In this document: piece after piece, positions 13,719-28,965 of the stretch
Position numbering within the stretch: position 1 is the stretch's first letter
Layout: every line of letters starts with the position of its first letter
Assembly: GCA_964016885.1 (NCBI GenBank)
Contig: OZ024741.1
Coordinates: forward strand, 320,106,001 to 320,170,000
Direction: 5' to 3'
Source of the DNA: Eledone cirrhosa
Lineage: Eukaryota
Length of the DNA: 64,000 nt
Notes under the pieces: model-generated
Told to the model about the DNA's origin: nothing
Databases searched by the model: none
What the model saw: the letters and a program-made list of their open reading frames with translations, nothing else
Made by a program: the position numbers and the translations under genes

Positions 13719-14624
13719 TCTATATATATAAAACTGAGGATGTCTGTCTGTGTGTGTGTGAGTTTGAATCCCTAAAGCTCAAGAACCACCCAACCGGCTG
13801 TTTTCAAACTTTACACATGTAATACTTATGTTTCAGGGAGCGTTCGGAGCAAATAAAATGTCAAATTTTCAATGCTCCAATGACCGCATTAGGCGATTTA
13901 GCGATCTCTCTCTCTAATTCTTAGTCTTTCTCTTTTTAGAGAGATACATACATATAACGTCGCGCCCTTATAATATCTGTCTGTATGTCTGACTGTCTGC
14001 ATTACGTCACTTCCCTGAGGATGTCTGTCTATCTGTGTGTATGTCTGTGAGTTTGAATCCCTAAATTACGAGAAATACCCAACCGATTTTTTCAAACTTT
14101 ACATGTGTATTACTTATATTTCAGGGAGTGTTATGCACATAAACAAATTCAACTTTTTGATACCCTAGGTGAAAAACTGCGTTTTTTTCAGGTTTTTAGG
14201 GGTTTTTTGAGTCGTTACGTCAGACTGATTTCCTTGAAATTGTAACTATGTATTAGTCAGTCTCTTCTTCATACCGTGAGTAAAGAAAATCCAACTTTTT
14301 ATGGCCCGCATTAGGTGAAAAACTTCATTTTTTCCGCTTTTTATGGCTTTTTTGAGGCGTTACGTCTAGCCGACTTTCCCGAAATTTCAAGGCATATTAT
14401 GTACATGAAAAAAATTCATTTTCTTGATCCACTAGGGCCCACAGGTGAAAACCTGCATTTTTCCTGCTTCATTGAGGAAAATCTTCAAGATTATCCAGCC
14501 ATTAGAGTATTCGGTTTATTTTCTTTACATATTGTCCAGACATGCAGTTTTTCCACAATAAGGTCTGTTGCCGGCCCGCGTTCCAAAATACCTTATCTCG
14601 TGCAACGCTGGGTACCACTGCTAG
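13719..14624 (+). mobile_element. Non-autonomous Helitron
   Basis: A|TCTATATATATAAAA 5' end; 3' end GTGCAACGCTGGGTACCACTGCTAG|T; no TSD; empty site TTCAATTA|TAATAT is present near 13213. Confidence 0.8.
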
Positions 14625-15262
14625 TAATATATATATATATATGAATATTCGTAAAATTTGAGTATTCTCAGCGCGAAAGGTAGCCGTTACGAGCTGTATA
14701 CTATTTGCATAGTAACATCTTTGGGTTAAGATATAACCACAAATCGAACGGGGAGCGTGAGAGCGAGAGGGGGAGAGACAATGAGAGATGAGGGTGTTAT
14801 AGAGAGAGAGGGGGGACGGTGAGAGATGAGAAATGAAGGAGTTATTGAGAGAGAGAGGAGAGGAGAAATGTGGACCAGAACGATGGGGAGATGGATAGAA
14901 AGATGTTATTTGGATCATCAGTCCCCTATCACTAACTAGCGATATAATATCGCAACATAGTTTCTCGCGTGAGGAGTAGGGAGTAGGGGCGACTATGCCT
15001 AAACAAGTCTAGAATGATTGACCCGCAACGGGGATCATATCTCTGTTGTCCAACGCTAGAGAAGAAAGCAATGATGGACGCCCGACTCAGCAGTGAACGA
15101 TGGGAGAAAGGAAGGCTTTTTACTGTTCAAGCAGTCGCAATAGTAAGCGGAAATAGCAGCAACAGCAGTGGCAGAAGGAAGAAGAGGGGAGGGGAGCCAA
15201 TGGTGGGAGATACAAGGATAGTGTGTTTGCCATACAGATAGGGACAGCAACAGCAACAAGCG

Positions 15263-16657
15263 TGTAATGAGAAAGCTACTGCACTTACCGCAATTCTGTT
15301 AGTTCAGTCAGCGAACTAGTCTCATCCACGTGGGTATATCCGTACCACCATCTCCACTTCGCTGCGACCTCGACATTCAATCTTCCTACCGTCGACGCCT
15401 TTACACTACTCTTCCCTCTCCACTTCTGCACCACCCCCATGGTCACTAGTGTCGTCGTGCAGCCCATGTCCACGAGGGCTCGTAATGGCTTTCCCCTCAC
15501 AAAGACTTTCACCACGGGCAGCGCCTTTACTCACGAGGGGTAGCTACCGGCGCAGTAGGCCCCCCTTGGACCATTTCCCTGGTCGCAACTGGTAGCGATG
15601 TAGCCTGGCTGCTTACACCGGTAGCAAATTACGCCCGGCCTTGACTCTCTACAGTCTCTCGCCATGTGCGACTCCTAGCACCTAAAAAAACGACCGCTAA
15701 ACGTTCTCGGGCGACTGCGCGCCGTGTTTGTCTCCCTTTTGCCATTTCGCTGTCGGCTGCCCCGGGCCTCCGTCGCTGCTATTTCCGCAACACTCTTCTT
15801 GGCATCGTCTGCTATGATGAGGGCTTGCTCTACCAGTGCACGCATCTCCATTTCCTTGTAGCCAGGTATTTGCTGCAGTTTCACCGCGATGTCATCCGGA
15901 AATCCGTTGTTGAATGGCAACCGTACCGCATGTTCGCATTCCACCTGAAACCCAGCCAGCATGGCCAGTCGCCTGATCTTCGCTGCAAAAATATCCACAC
16001 GCTCACCGTTCCACCTAATCCTTGCCAGCTTAGCAAACGCGGTAAGCGGTCCTTCCGCGAACGCTTCCACCATACGCCGCTCAATTTTTTGCGCGTCCCT
16101 CTGGCTGAGGTCGTCCATTTCTAGGTACAACGTTAGCGCGTTACCCTCTAGATAGAGTGCGATGAGGCCCGCTACATCGTCTATCTGTTGTAGCTCAGCA
16201 ACCAGCCGAACCTTTCGCAACCAGGAGACAACGTCACACTCACCGGTAAAAGCTCTAATTACTTCCCCGCTCATCCGTAATCTCGTCGCCATCTCCTTAG
16301 TCCTGCGGTAAATAACAAACAACAGAATCGTCTCTGTTTTCCTGTAGCTTTGTCTTAAAAAAGAAATCCTTACTTTTTCTTTTTTTTTCAATTGATGCCG
16401 AAATATCTTGTAATGAGAAAGCTACTGCACTTACCGCAATTCTGTTAGTTCACTCAGCGAACTAGCCTCATCTACGTGGCTATATCCGTTCGTCGGTTGC
16501 AGCTCGCATTCACACGTCCGTTCGTGGAGGGTCACGGTCTCCAAAAAGGGTACACAGATGCTCCTGGGTACGCATCTCACGTCACTTACTCTTCCGCCTC
16601 CGGTCGATCGTCCCCAGCTTCCGGTCACCTCCTCCATACCACCACACTATCCCCACA
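15263..16657 (-). mobile_element. Internally deleted Ty3/Gypsy LTR retrotransposon
   Basis: TG...CA ends, 5-bp TSD AAGCG (15258-15262 and 16658-16662), full 249-bp LTR at 16409-16657, truncated LTR at 15263 to about 15342. Confidence 0.9.
15345..16290 (-). pseudogene. Gag (zinc knuckles) and partial aspartic protease of the Gypsy element
   Basis: FTGECDVVSWLRKVRLVA..YLEGNAL gag core; CYRCKQPGYIATSC knuckle; ALVDMGC protease motif; disrupted by a stop at 15675. Confidence 0.8.
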
Positions 16658-17029
16658 AAGCGGAAGCAACAGTGGTGAAAACAAAACAAGTAGAGGCGAA
16701 AAGAGAAAATAGGGATATATATGAAGAGTTACCTGTCTCTTATACGCTATCCGTTCTGTGTAGAAAGCCTGACCCGGCTTAAGTTATGTATAAAACATTA
16801 TTTGGAAAGGTTTGAAGCGATGAGTGTATATGAATATTCGTAAAATTTGAGTAGTCTCAGCACGAAAGGTAGCTGTGTACTATTTTCATAGTAAATGTTT
16901 TTTGGGGGTTAAGATATAACTATAAATCGAACGGAGAGCGTGAGAGAGAGAAGGGAGAGAATGAGAGATGAGGGGGTTATATATATAGAGAGAAATAGGG
17001 AGAGAAAGGGAGATGAGAAATGAGGGAGT

Positions 17030-17112
<83 letters not shown>

Positions 17113-17249
17113 GAGGAGAAAAGTGGACCAGAATGATGGGGAGATGGATAGAAAGATTGAGTGAAAGATTAACAAGAACAGGGTACTTAACGTTATTTGG
17201 ATCATAGTTAAGTACCTTGTCTTGTTAATCTTCCACTCCATCTTCCTAT

Positions 17250-17308
<59 letters not shown>

Positions 17309-17510
17309 TACACACACAAACTTAGAAACTCTTCCTATTTAGCAGGAAATATTCGCTACACACATCCTGTGCTAACACAAGTTATATGATACATATGATA
17401 CATTCAGTCAGCAAATTTTAGCTAGATACAGTATTCGATTCTTTGAAGTCACCTGTTATATTTTCATTCAACAACCCCACCAAGTCTCTCTCTCTCTCTC
17501 CCCCCCTCTC

Positions 17511-17580
<70 letters not shown>

Positions 17581-18009
17581 AATCTATTCTCTCACAACTA
17601 ACATCTCTTTTCTTTCTTTCTCTCTTTCTTTTTCTCTATTTATGAAGGTATCCGGAAAAACCCCACATCTCGGGAACCTGTACACCGATTTACGCGAAAC
17701 TTGTTTTATTCCATTTGTATTCCCATTTGAGGGGCAACTTCTTTTCAAAGTATGTTCTCATGATGCGCCGTTTTGGTTGTATTGAATTACAGACAAGCAC
17801 ACAATAACAGATTTGTTTTTGTTCTGTATAGATAGATAGATTGAACTCGTTACTGTCGACTTTCAATCGTTAGATATATTAAGAGCTAGTTATATACTAG
17901 TTTGCATCAATCGACACTGTGCAGCGCCCTAGAAGCATATTTTCTCAAATAGCGCGAGGTCGATCAAAACCTTGTATGTGACTCCTGAAGCGTTGCATCT
18001 TGATAAAAT

Positions 18010-20800
18010 GTTATTATTATTATGTTTCATTTTTGTAAATATCATACACTTATATGTTAATTGATCTGGGTATATCAGTTAGGAAGTAGTCAACAAATTG
18101 AGAAATGTTCCTCATTTCATCATCTCCTGTGTCTTATATAGACAAGACTTTCCTTGAAATCCTTGCTGTATCAAGAAGTGCTGACTTTTGCATGACCTTT
18201 AATTTTGCATCAATTCCGATGACATTCATACACTCCTCAAATCTGTCCGATATGCTAGTTAATGCCCCGATCACCACCGGAATCATTAAAACATTCTTCA
18301 CCTCCCACAACTTTCCAACCTTCACCTTCAGTGATTCATACTTCTCCATCTTTTCATGCTCTTTATCCTTCACTATACTATCTCCCGGTACAGATATATC
18401 GATAATTTGGGCCTCTTTTTTCTTGTTCACAACCCAAATTGACATGATGTTGCCCCTTAAATCTTTGTGGTACCAGGCTAGGTTGTTTTCTTCTTTCCAA
18501 TTCATCTTTAATCCATTTAATAACTCCTGCCCCATCGCGCATGCGAGACATAGCCCATATATTCACTGCCTCAACTCAAGCGGGTAAGTCATTAAAAATC
18601 TCACCCTTTTGAGATATTCTCTTTTTAACATCTCCATTTCTTTCTCTTTGATCTATATACTAGTCAAAGACTACCACATACTTGTATCCTTCCTCTCCCA
18701 CTTCTTTAATATTCGGGCGATTTGTAAGTTCAATACCTCAAATCTTCGTTAGTTTTCAATATTTCAGGGTTACAACACCAGATTTTTCTATCCGAAACTC
18801 CATCAAAATATTCTGACTAATCAGGTTTACAGTAGATGTTAAGCTGTCAATTTCGTCCTCATGTTGTCGAAAATAGCTTTAAATAATTCATGAATAAGAG
18901 ACAGTTGATCTTAATACCATCTAACATATATTCAATTTTCACTTTTGTAAGGACATGGGCCAGGGCGAACATGCAGATGACAAATAAGAATGGTGATAAA
19001 CTGTCACCTTGAAATATTCCTCTTCATATGTTAACAAGCCTGACTCTTCTCCACAGGAAATTAACTCGGTTTTCCAGCTGCCAATCGATCTTTCTAAAAC
19101 GTAATTACATTGTCTTATACTTGAGGAAATTTCAGACACACCTATATACAGCTATGGGGCACCATTTCGTAGGCTTTTTTATTAGGCCACCCATGCCATG
19201 GCTAAGTTCTTGTGCCACTTTTTTACAATCTACAAGGATTGTTTTATCAATCAGCAGTTGTTCGTTTGAAACACATCTGTTTTTTGTGTATTCTTTCCGC
19301 TCTTCCGTTAGAATTTCTTTCTCATCAAGGAACTTATACACGGTCACAGGTTTCCAGATTAGTAGCAAGCAAGATATGGGTCTAATATTACCTAATATAT
19401 TAGACCCATATCTTGCTTGCTACTAATCTGGAAACCTGTGACCGTGTATAAGTTCCTTGATGAGAAAGAAATTTTAACGGAAGAGCGGAAAGAATACACA
19501 AAAAACAGATGTGTTTCAAACGAACAACTGCTGATTGATAAAACAATCCTTGTAGATTGTAAAAAAGTGGCACAAGAACTTAGCCATGGCATGGGTGGCC
19601 TAATAAAAAAGCCTACGAAATGGTGCCTCATAGCTGTATATAGGAGTGTCTGAAATTACCTAATATATTGCCTTTGGGAGGGTCCTTCTGACAGAGCATA
19701 GTCCACTCTCTCGTCCTCCATATAAGTAAGTATCGCTGCTTGGTAGTTTAACATAGCATTTGTTTGAGCTGCGATTGGCTCATGTAAAGATGTCAACTTA
19801 TTCAACCAAAAGCCCTGAACCGCATCAGGTGCAGCACCATTGCAATTTTTTTTGCATGTATGCATACCATTCCTGTTGATATTTCAATATCATTTTCCTA
19901 CATATTTGTTTTATTTTCCCTTAATTACTTCCGCCATTACACTACCTTATTATGATGTACCTCATTATCCCAGATGTTTGACTAAAACATTTGGCTTTCT
20001 TCTGAATCCGGTGTCACTATTTCTCTGTTACTTTTACTTTCGCGGTCTTAGTAAACTGTTTTCGGGTCATACTGGAACATTCTGTTGAGTCTATATTGTT
20101 GGATTCTTTGTTCAATTCTTCTCAGCTTCAACGCCTTGACCTGTATTTTATATTTCAACTCCTGAATAATGACGTTTATACCATTCTTCTGTATATTATA
20201 CTTCTTTTTCTATTTCAAAATGTTTCCTCTTCTGTATTTCTATTAACTTTTACGCTCGAAGGTGTTAATATGTCATTCTTAATTCGTTAATTGATTCTCC
20301 GATTCTTCACATTCATCGTGTTTCCTTCTCTTTCCCCATTCAATGGATTTACAAATCTTTTCCTTGCAATAAACAGCCACAGTGCCAATTGTATATTACA
20401 GAAACTTATTTTTATCATATACAATTTGTATATGATACAAATAAATATATTTGAATCAGATATATTTTCTATTCTAATATCTTTCAGCACCTCATTCATC
20501 CTTTTTGTTCATTGATTCAAATATGTTCTATCCACCTTCTTCAGTTCCTGTAGTTTGTTCAGATTACCCTCTTTCGTGATCTCGATCATCTCGATGATTC
20601 ACTCCTTACTATTTTGCCTTCTTTCATTCTTTTCTAGGGTATGCCCCTTCTCTTTAATCTCATTCGCCACAATTTCATCAGTCTCATGATCTTCGTCGTC
20701 GGCTGTGATCTCCTGCTTACTTTTACCAACTCGACCACCTTTAGCCAATCTCTCAGCGCTTTGGGACTATGCGACAGGCTTATACTGTCGCTAGAATAGC
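18010..20800 (-). mobile_element. Degenerate R4/Dong-like non-LTR retrotransposon (RT + restriction-like endonuclease)
   Basis: PDAVQGFW..L..LH, EQLLIDK.IL.DCKK, RGIFQGDSLSPFLF, IIDISVPGD..KEHEKMEKY..LW..IPVVIGAL..RKVL; (TAA)n near 18012; many frameshifts. Confidence 0.8.
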
Positions 20801-21184
20801 AGCCACAAGATTGTCTGTTACAACTCGACAAATTAAAGAGTAGTTTAATGTTAAAGGTTAATAGTCCCTAATACTTAAACATCTCAATGAGTGGATATAA
20901 TATTTAGATGAGATATCTTCCAGAGAAGTAACACTACATATTAAATTTAAGTGAGAAATAAATCTGTGTGATATCTTATTTATATATTATATGAGAGGTA
21001 TTTTGATCATTTAATAGTTTTTGTCTAGCATGCGGCCTCGGACAAAGAAACTGTATGTATAATTTCTTGGTCATCCATCCCCTTATTTTTTGAAGAATTA
21101 AAACTCCATGAAGAATATTGCGGGTTCTTCAATTATCGGGGCTGCCAATAATAAATTCTTCCGCATATATATATATATACAGTA

Positions 21185-21335
21185 TAGTGGGTAATAGGAA
21201 CGAGTAGGACCCCGACGGCTGAGCTCAAGCCGTTTCGACGGCTAATTCTGGACTAAAAAAAAACTTTTTTATTTTAGCCGTCGAAACGGCTTGAGCTCAG
21301 CCGTCGGGGTCCTACTCGTTCCTATTACCCACTCT
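21185..21335. repeat. GC-richer inverted repeat (arms about 60 bp)
   Basis: AGTGGGTAATAGGAACGAGTAGGACCCCGACGG...CGACGGCTAA is mirrored at 21274-21333. Confidence 0.85.
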
Positions 21336-21442
21336 ACTACCCTAAGTATTGAGTACTTTGGTGCGTTATGGTTCACCTGGTTCCTTACCACATGTCCTTC
21401 GTTACATATACAGTATATATATGTATATATATATATATATAA

Positions 21443-22165
21443 AAGAAAATGTTCGCTCTACATGGCTGAATACAATAAATGTAATCTGAGGTTTTCGAAT
21501 ATTAATAATAACATTCGATTTGTTTGCAATTATGCAAACAAGCCTCAATTTTATAGCCATGTCAGTAGAATGAACACTTCATTCCTGCTCTTGTGTTGAC
21601 ATGTGAACAGAACTGCAGACACTAATGTTTCTGGGTATCACCCTTCATCAGTACAGCGCACTGTTCACCTGCCAAACTGTCAGAGCTAGTGAAATTATAT
21701 GCTATTCTCCAAAATACACAGTGACTGATCGGCCTGATTTGCATATTAGCAGACTGGCTGATCAGTCAGATCTGCATATTAGCAGATCCACTGATCAGCC
21801 AGATTTGCATCTCAGCAGATTGGCCAGTCAATTTCCTGTATACGAGCGATTAATGGCCGGCTTTGCCAAATTAAAAAAAAAAAAAAATTTCGCTCTACAT
21901 GGCTGAATATAATAAATGTAATCTGAGTTTTTCGAATATAAATAATAACATTCGATTCGTTTGCAATTATGCAAACAGCGTCAATTTTATAGCCATGTCA
22001 GTAGAATGAACCCTTTATTCTTGCTCTTGTGTTGGCATGTGAACAGTTCTGCAGTTCTGTTCACATGCCAACGCAAGAGCAACAATGAAGGGTTCATTCT
22101 ACTGGCATGGCTATAAAATTGAGGCTTGTTTTCATAATTGCAAACGAATCGAATGTTATTATTAA
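21443..22165. repeat. Direct plus inverted duplication of a unit of about 175 bp; pLTR-like
   Basis: 21443-21617 recurs at about 21883-22047; 21943-22047 is mirrored at 22058-22165; degenerate minus-strand hammerhead near 21620-21655. Confidence 0.7.
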
Positions 22166-22277
22166 TCAAATCCCGCCGAGGTTAACTTTGCCTTTCATCC
22201 TTACGGGGTCGATAAAATAAAGTACCAGTAATGCACTGGGTAATTGCTGGCGTTGTGCCAAAAATAGAAACAATTAT
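22166..22277 (+). mobile_element. 5'-truncated octopod-type SINE
   Basis: TCAAATCCCGCCGAGGTTAACTTTGCCTTTCATCCTTACGGGGTCGATAAAATAAAGTACCAG. Confidence 0.85.
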
Positions 22278-22296
22278 TAATATTCGAAAAACTCAG

Positions 22297-22427
<131 letters not shown>

Positions 22428-22458
22428 CAATAATCAAAGTTCAGTTTAAATAAATTAT

Positions 22459-22507
22459 TTGCTTACAATTGTTTCCTCCAAACCGAGGTTTGGATTCTTC
22501 GGAGCAA
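22459..22507 (-). ncRNA. Hammerhead ribozyme variant with CCGAAGA core
   Basis: Reverse strand: TTGCT-CCGAAGA-aTCCAAAC-CTCG-GTTTGGAg-GAAAC-AATT-GTA-AGCAA; same family at 28485-28531. Confidence 0.65.
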
Positions 22508-22649
22508 CTATTTAGTGATCTATAACATACTTGACCTCCTTTTCAACACAAGAGACATATAAAAACATATGCATATATTGACCCACAGTGGGTTGACATC
22601 CATCATAATGATATAGCATGGCAATTTACATATAAAGGTTAAAGGATTA

Positions 22650-22903
22650 AAATGAAAATGAAAATAAAAATAAAAATAAAAATAAAAATAAAAATAAAAA
22701 TAAAAATAAAAATAAAAATAAAAATAAAAATAAAAATAAAAATAAAAATAAAAATAAAAATAAAAATAAAAATAAAAATAAAAATAAAAATAAAAATAAA
22801 AATAAAAATAAAAATAAAAATAAAAATAAAAATAAAAATAAAAATAAAAATAAAAATAAAAATAAAAATAAAAATAAAAATAAAAATAAAAATAAAAATA
22901 AAA
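22650..22903. repeat. (TAAAAA)n hexanucleotide microsatellite, about 40 copies
   Basis: Pure repeat read directly. Confidence 0.95.
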
Positions 22904-23939
22904 CATTGGCAGTTTATGAAGATAAAGCAAGAGGAAAGTTTAGAGTAGTCAGTGTATGAAACAATCTCACGTGTAGCATGCACGCGTGTCTTATTTATAC
23001 AGGATTAGAGTGCGGCAGATTGTTACTTGTAGAATCAGGCAGTTAAAGCAGGCAATCAATATTATCATGTGGGCCGTATTGTTAAATCATTTTTTCGCAT
23101 ACACCTGTATGATATACAATCCCGAATGTAGAGAAACACCAAAATATCAAAAATATCAAACATATCACAAAACATATTATAAAATAGGCAAAACAGCACC
23201 ACTGTGTTCGCACACATCACCACTCACACAATCCATGAAACGCAATATATAGACTACAGGTCTATCACACAATCCACGATGATTCAGCATTGGGTGTCTG
23301 GAGAGTCAAGCTATAAACCATATCTTGTCGTTTCTTACTTTGATTAATAGATCAGAATGTTTTAGTTGTGTGAGAAGACATTGTTTATTCCGGAAGTGTG
23401 TGTGTGACTAAGGGGAGTTAATGCGTAAGGGGAGGTAACTAGCTGATTTTCATAGTTAAATTTATTATCTTAAATTACATTAATGGTGTTTCAAGTGAGT
23501 CCCTATCATATGAGGTTATAACCAATTTCTAAATTAAGTTACTTATCTATAAATTACAGTGTAGTCTATTAAGAAGTACTAAAGGTGTTCATATCAGGAT
23601 GATTACCTTCTATTATGGAGTGCCACACCTGAACATTCTATAAGAAGAGTCAGACCTCCAACTCAATGATCTTTGTAAGTGTATTCCACCCGCAGGACCT
23701 GGCAGGGTTTTATTACTATATATGACTCCCGGTAAGCTCTGGGTCATTGTATGTCTGAATCCTTGGCAAATTTAAATATCACCAGGGTGGTCCAGAGATC
23801 AATTCTCTCATATAAAGACCCTAATCTGGCCATCAAGCAATACATAAACTCTCAACTCATATATAAATTAGGTTTCTTATCTATAAATTACAGTGTAGTC
23901 TACTAAGAAGTACTAAAGGTGTTCATATCAGGGTGATTA

Positions 23940-24042
<103 letters not shown>

Positions 24043-24095
24043 AAAATTATATAAAAAATAAACAAAGAAGCCTTTAATTCATTAAAAATCTTTAT

Positions 24096-24140
24096 TTGCT
24101 GACAATGTTTCGTCCCATTAATAAGGACTCATCAGAGCAA
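24096..24140 (-). ncRNA. Canonical minimal type I hammerhead ribozyme
   Basis: Reverse strand: TTGCT-CTGATGA-GTCC-ttattaatg-GGAC-GAAAC-ATT-GTC-AGCAA, then AATAAA and (TA)n. Confidence 0.85.
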
Positions 24141-24973
24141 GGAAAAAGACAAGATTAACGGCCAGAACAAGCCAAAACTCAAAAGAACAGCTAATGGATA
24201 TTTATGCAAATTTGGGAAAATTATCATGGAAAGACATGCTAAATCTAATATGGTGCATATGTAAATAAAGACTATAGGGCAAGAGAGCAGGTAAGACATT
24301 AAACAAACCCACATTAAAAGTACAACATAAGTCTAATACTTGAAATACAACATAGTAATACAATGTGAGAATTATAATATACAATACAATAATAAAAATA
24401 GAATCTACACACAGAAAAGACGCAATGTTTAGACAAATCACAGAGGCAATAAACATAAATGAACTCCAACCAAAATTAAATAGAAAACATGAGTGAAACA
24501 GCAACATCACAACTTACAATTAAGGACAAAATGAAAACACACACACGCACATAGAACAAACAACCAACTAGTAACATGTTAATAAACAAATAAGTAAACG
24601 AATATAAACACACACAGACACCCGGATGTAACCCATGCGCAAACTAAGCACACAACACACACACAAAAACAAGATGGCGTAGGACAGATCAAAGGAGAGG
24701 CACAAAAACAAAGAAAAGAATCCCCAGTCACTGAAGAGGTCACAGAATGTGTGACGAAAGAAATGTGACAATATATAAACAATCATCTGGTTGTGGAACC
24801 AACCAACCGGAAATTTATAAATTCCTAAATTTATCAATTTATTATAATAAATTGAAGTGAAAACCTCTGGTGCGTGTGTTTCTTATTGGCAACATGACCC
24901 TCCCAATGTATAACAATATCGGTTTCAACACACGTTTTCAGATAAAGAATCTTGCTAAACAAATTCAGAAACG

Positions 24974-25064
<91 letters not shown>

Positions 25065-25115
25065 ATGCTGAAGGCATTCGTTGGCTTAGCTGTTGATCGA
25101 ACTTCGAATATGGTG

Positions 25116-25213
<98 letters not shown>

Positions 25214-25327
25214 ATGTGTGTGTGTATATATATATACTACATATTGAATTTAAGTGAGAAAAACAATTTATGGGAGTACATGCCTGACAGACAAAAAAAT
25301 AAACGAAAATAGCAAAAAATATTTTTG

Positions 25328-26037
<710 letters not shown>

Positions 26038-26921
26038 TGTGCGTGCGTGTGTGTTTGTGTGTTTTGTTTTTATTTTCCTATTAGCCTTGCTCTGACTAGC
26101 GAGTTTTCTGTTGTGAACCATTGGTTTTCCATATACACGCAGTGATCTTATTTCACCTGTTCATTACATTCTATTAGAGCCATGTGCTTGTATTTATAAT
26201 GTGTTCTTATACGGTTTCCTCTAATATCTATTATGTAGTAACTCTAATACAATGGTATAACCTGCATATAACTTACGCCTCAGTAACGAGTTATATTTTC
26301 CCGTAAAGAGTTATCTTTTCTAATTAAATCACTTCTATTCACGGGTAGCGTTCTGGTTTTTAACTTCTTAATAATCTTTATATCTAATCTACACTATCTC
26401 AGTTATTTTTCGTTTCCTTGTATCTACATCGGTGATTCTTTATCGGTACTTCAGTGCTTTATTCACCAAACATCATTCAATATCCTTCATATATTCTCCA
26501 TTCATCTTATCACATAACTATTATATATACAAATGATTTAACTTTGGTCGATTCCCTTCGAATACTAACCTAAATTTGATCCTAGTATTTCCCTGTTGTT
26601 TAATTACATATTATACGTGGATAGTGGCTGTTTCTACATTACTTATTTTCCCTCAGACTTTCAATGTATTCACGTGTTAATATTTTGTTTTCATATATGA
26701 ATGAGGTTTTAACCGATAAGACCTTTTTTTCCGTTATAATATAATTTTTACCCTTTCTTCCGATATTGATGTATCCGCTACATTACTCAACTTCCCTTAT
26801 ATTCCGTGACATCAAACTGGTTTACAATCAATCAATTATTTTGCTGTTATATCTAAATATTCTAAAATCCCAAAACCACAGTAGGTTATTGACAAATTTA
26901 CATCCTTTCTCTTCTCACCCG

Positions 26922-26984
26922 TTCTTCTTCTTCTTCTTCTTCTTCTTCTTCTTCTTCTTCTTCTTTTTCTTCTTCTTCTTCTTC
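26922..26984. repeat. (TTC)n microsatellite
   Basis: Read directly. Confidence 0.9.
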
Positions 26985-27319
26985 AATTTTTTTGAAATGT
27001 ACTTTTCTATTTATGATGTGGAATAACTTGTTGGTATATTAGATGGAAGTTTCTAACACCTATTTATTCTCACTTTGGACAAGATACACTGATTTATTGA
27101 AATAATTGTTCACTTTTAACGTATCACTTTTCGAATAACAAAAAACGCACACTTTACATAAATATATATATTCAACATTTTGCAGGGTCATGGTCTCCGT
27201 TGTAGTCTCCTCGTTTTCTTTTTCTTCCACAAAAATACAGAGCTTGTGTCTCTGAAGAGAACATTCCAGCTGCAAATCCCATGATCATTCTTGACGGCAG
27301 GGTGTCTTTGCTACTTATA

Positions 27320-27372
<53 letters not shown>

Positions 27373-28268
27373 TATTTATTAAAATATATATATATATACA
27401 CATTACATAATGTATATATATATATATGTATATATATATAATGAAAATAAAAGTTACGGGCGAAAGAGAGTAATATCCATCGTCAGTTGTCTGTTAGGAA
27501 TCATAGGTATTTCTTTGCGTTAGAGACAAGATACCTCAGCCTAGGGCGAGCAATAAATAAAATGAGTTATTGGGATACAAAAGGGGACAGAGAGAGAGAA
27601 AAAAATGTAAACAGACACGGTGGGTGAAGCCACGCAAAGAGAGGAAAATATCAACTCAACAACTATTTTCGAACATAAGTTCTAGCACGTTTGACGAGAG
27701 AAAAACTGTAGCAGTTTGAGCGAGAGAAGAGACTGCGTACAGTGGAGGACGAGAGAGGATGTGAGCTAGCGGAGAGGGGGTGACTAGCAGAGAGGGAGTG
27801 AGTGAAAGTAAGAGGAAGCGAGAAAGATATAGTTATAATGGCAGGCTAGCCGAGAGAAGGTAACTAGCAGAGGGGGTGAGCGAAAGTAAGAAGGAGAAGA
27901 AGAGAGAGAGAGGATAGCAACAAGGGGAAAGAAAGGACGGGTCACAGCGGAGAAGGAAGCTTATATGAATAAAATGGCGGGCTGTGTGGTTGTATTTAAG
28001 TATAATGAAAATAAAAGTTACGGGCGAAAGAGTGTAATATCCATTGTCAGTATGTGTGTGTGTATGTGTGAAACTCATTATATATATATACATTTGAAGG
28101 GGAAGGTCTCCCTTCGCTCTGAGGCACAAACCCGGGCAAGTTTGTTTGTTGAAGACCAGCAGTCATCTATGCTAAACAGTCCCCTCTCTAGAGGCCACCG
28201 GTATAGTCCAAGAGAAAGGAAAAGACCGATACAGATTGGCACCAGTTTCGTCGAGACTAATCCCCCTG

Positions 28269-28338
<70 letters not shown>

Positions 28339-28439
28339 AATTGTTTCTACATTTGGCACAAGACCAGCAATTACCTAGTGCATTACTGGTACTTTATTTT
28401 ATTGACCCCGTAAGGATATATATATATATATATATATGA

Positions 28440-28686
28440 AATATATGAAATATAAGAATCAAAGAACTGTTCAAAACATTATTGTGCTTACAGCTGTTTC
28501 CTCCAAACCGAGGTTTGGATTCTTCGGAGCAATTTATTAATGCATGGACAGTTATATGACCTCCTTTTCAGCCGAGAAAAGGAGGTCATATAACTGTCCA
28601 TGCATTAATAAATTGCTCCGAAGAATCCCAACCTCGGTTTGGAGGAAACAGTTTTGAACAGTTCTTTGATTCTTATATTTCATATA
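28440..28686. repeat. Palindrome containing the CCGAAGA hammerhead family
   Basis: Left arm 28440-28569 is mirrored at 28577-28686; the right arm has a small deletion through the cleavage site. Confidence 0.8.
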
Positions 28687-28965
28687 ACTGCTCTGTAAAT
28701 CATCTGATGTTTTTACATTGAGCTACTTAACTTACTGGTAATAAGGTAGTAATACATTACTGCCTACCACTATTTAGGGTGTGTGTAAAATACTTATAAC
28801 TGCATAAGGTTTTGTATTTACATAACCATAAATAGTATAACTAATACTATATATATATAGAGAGAGATTTTGAGTTTATGTTGGTTGTATACCAACACCT
28901 CAGTATGCAGGCTGGAGCACTCGACGAAGTGCGCAGGTTGGTTTGGTTACTCCGGAGTAGTGTAA

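Noticed and set aside
22520-22983. FY, FI and KI dipeptide-repeat ORFs
   Set aside because: Translations of (TAAAAA)n.
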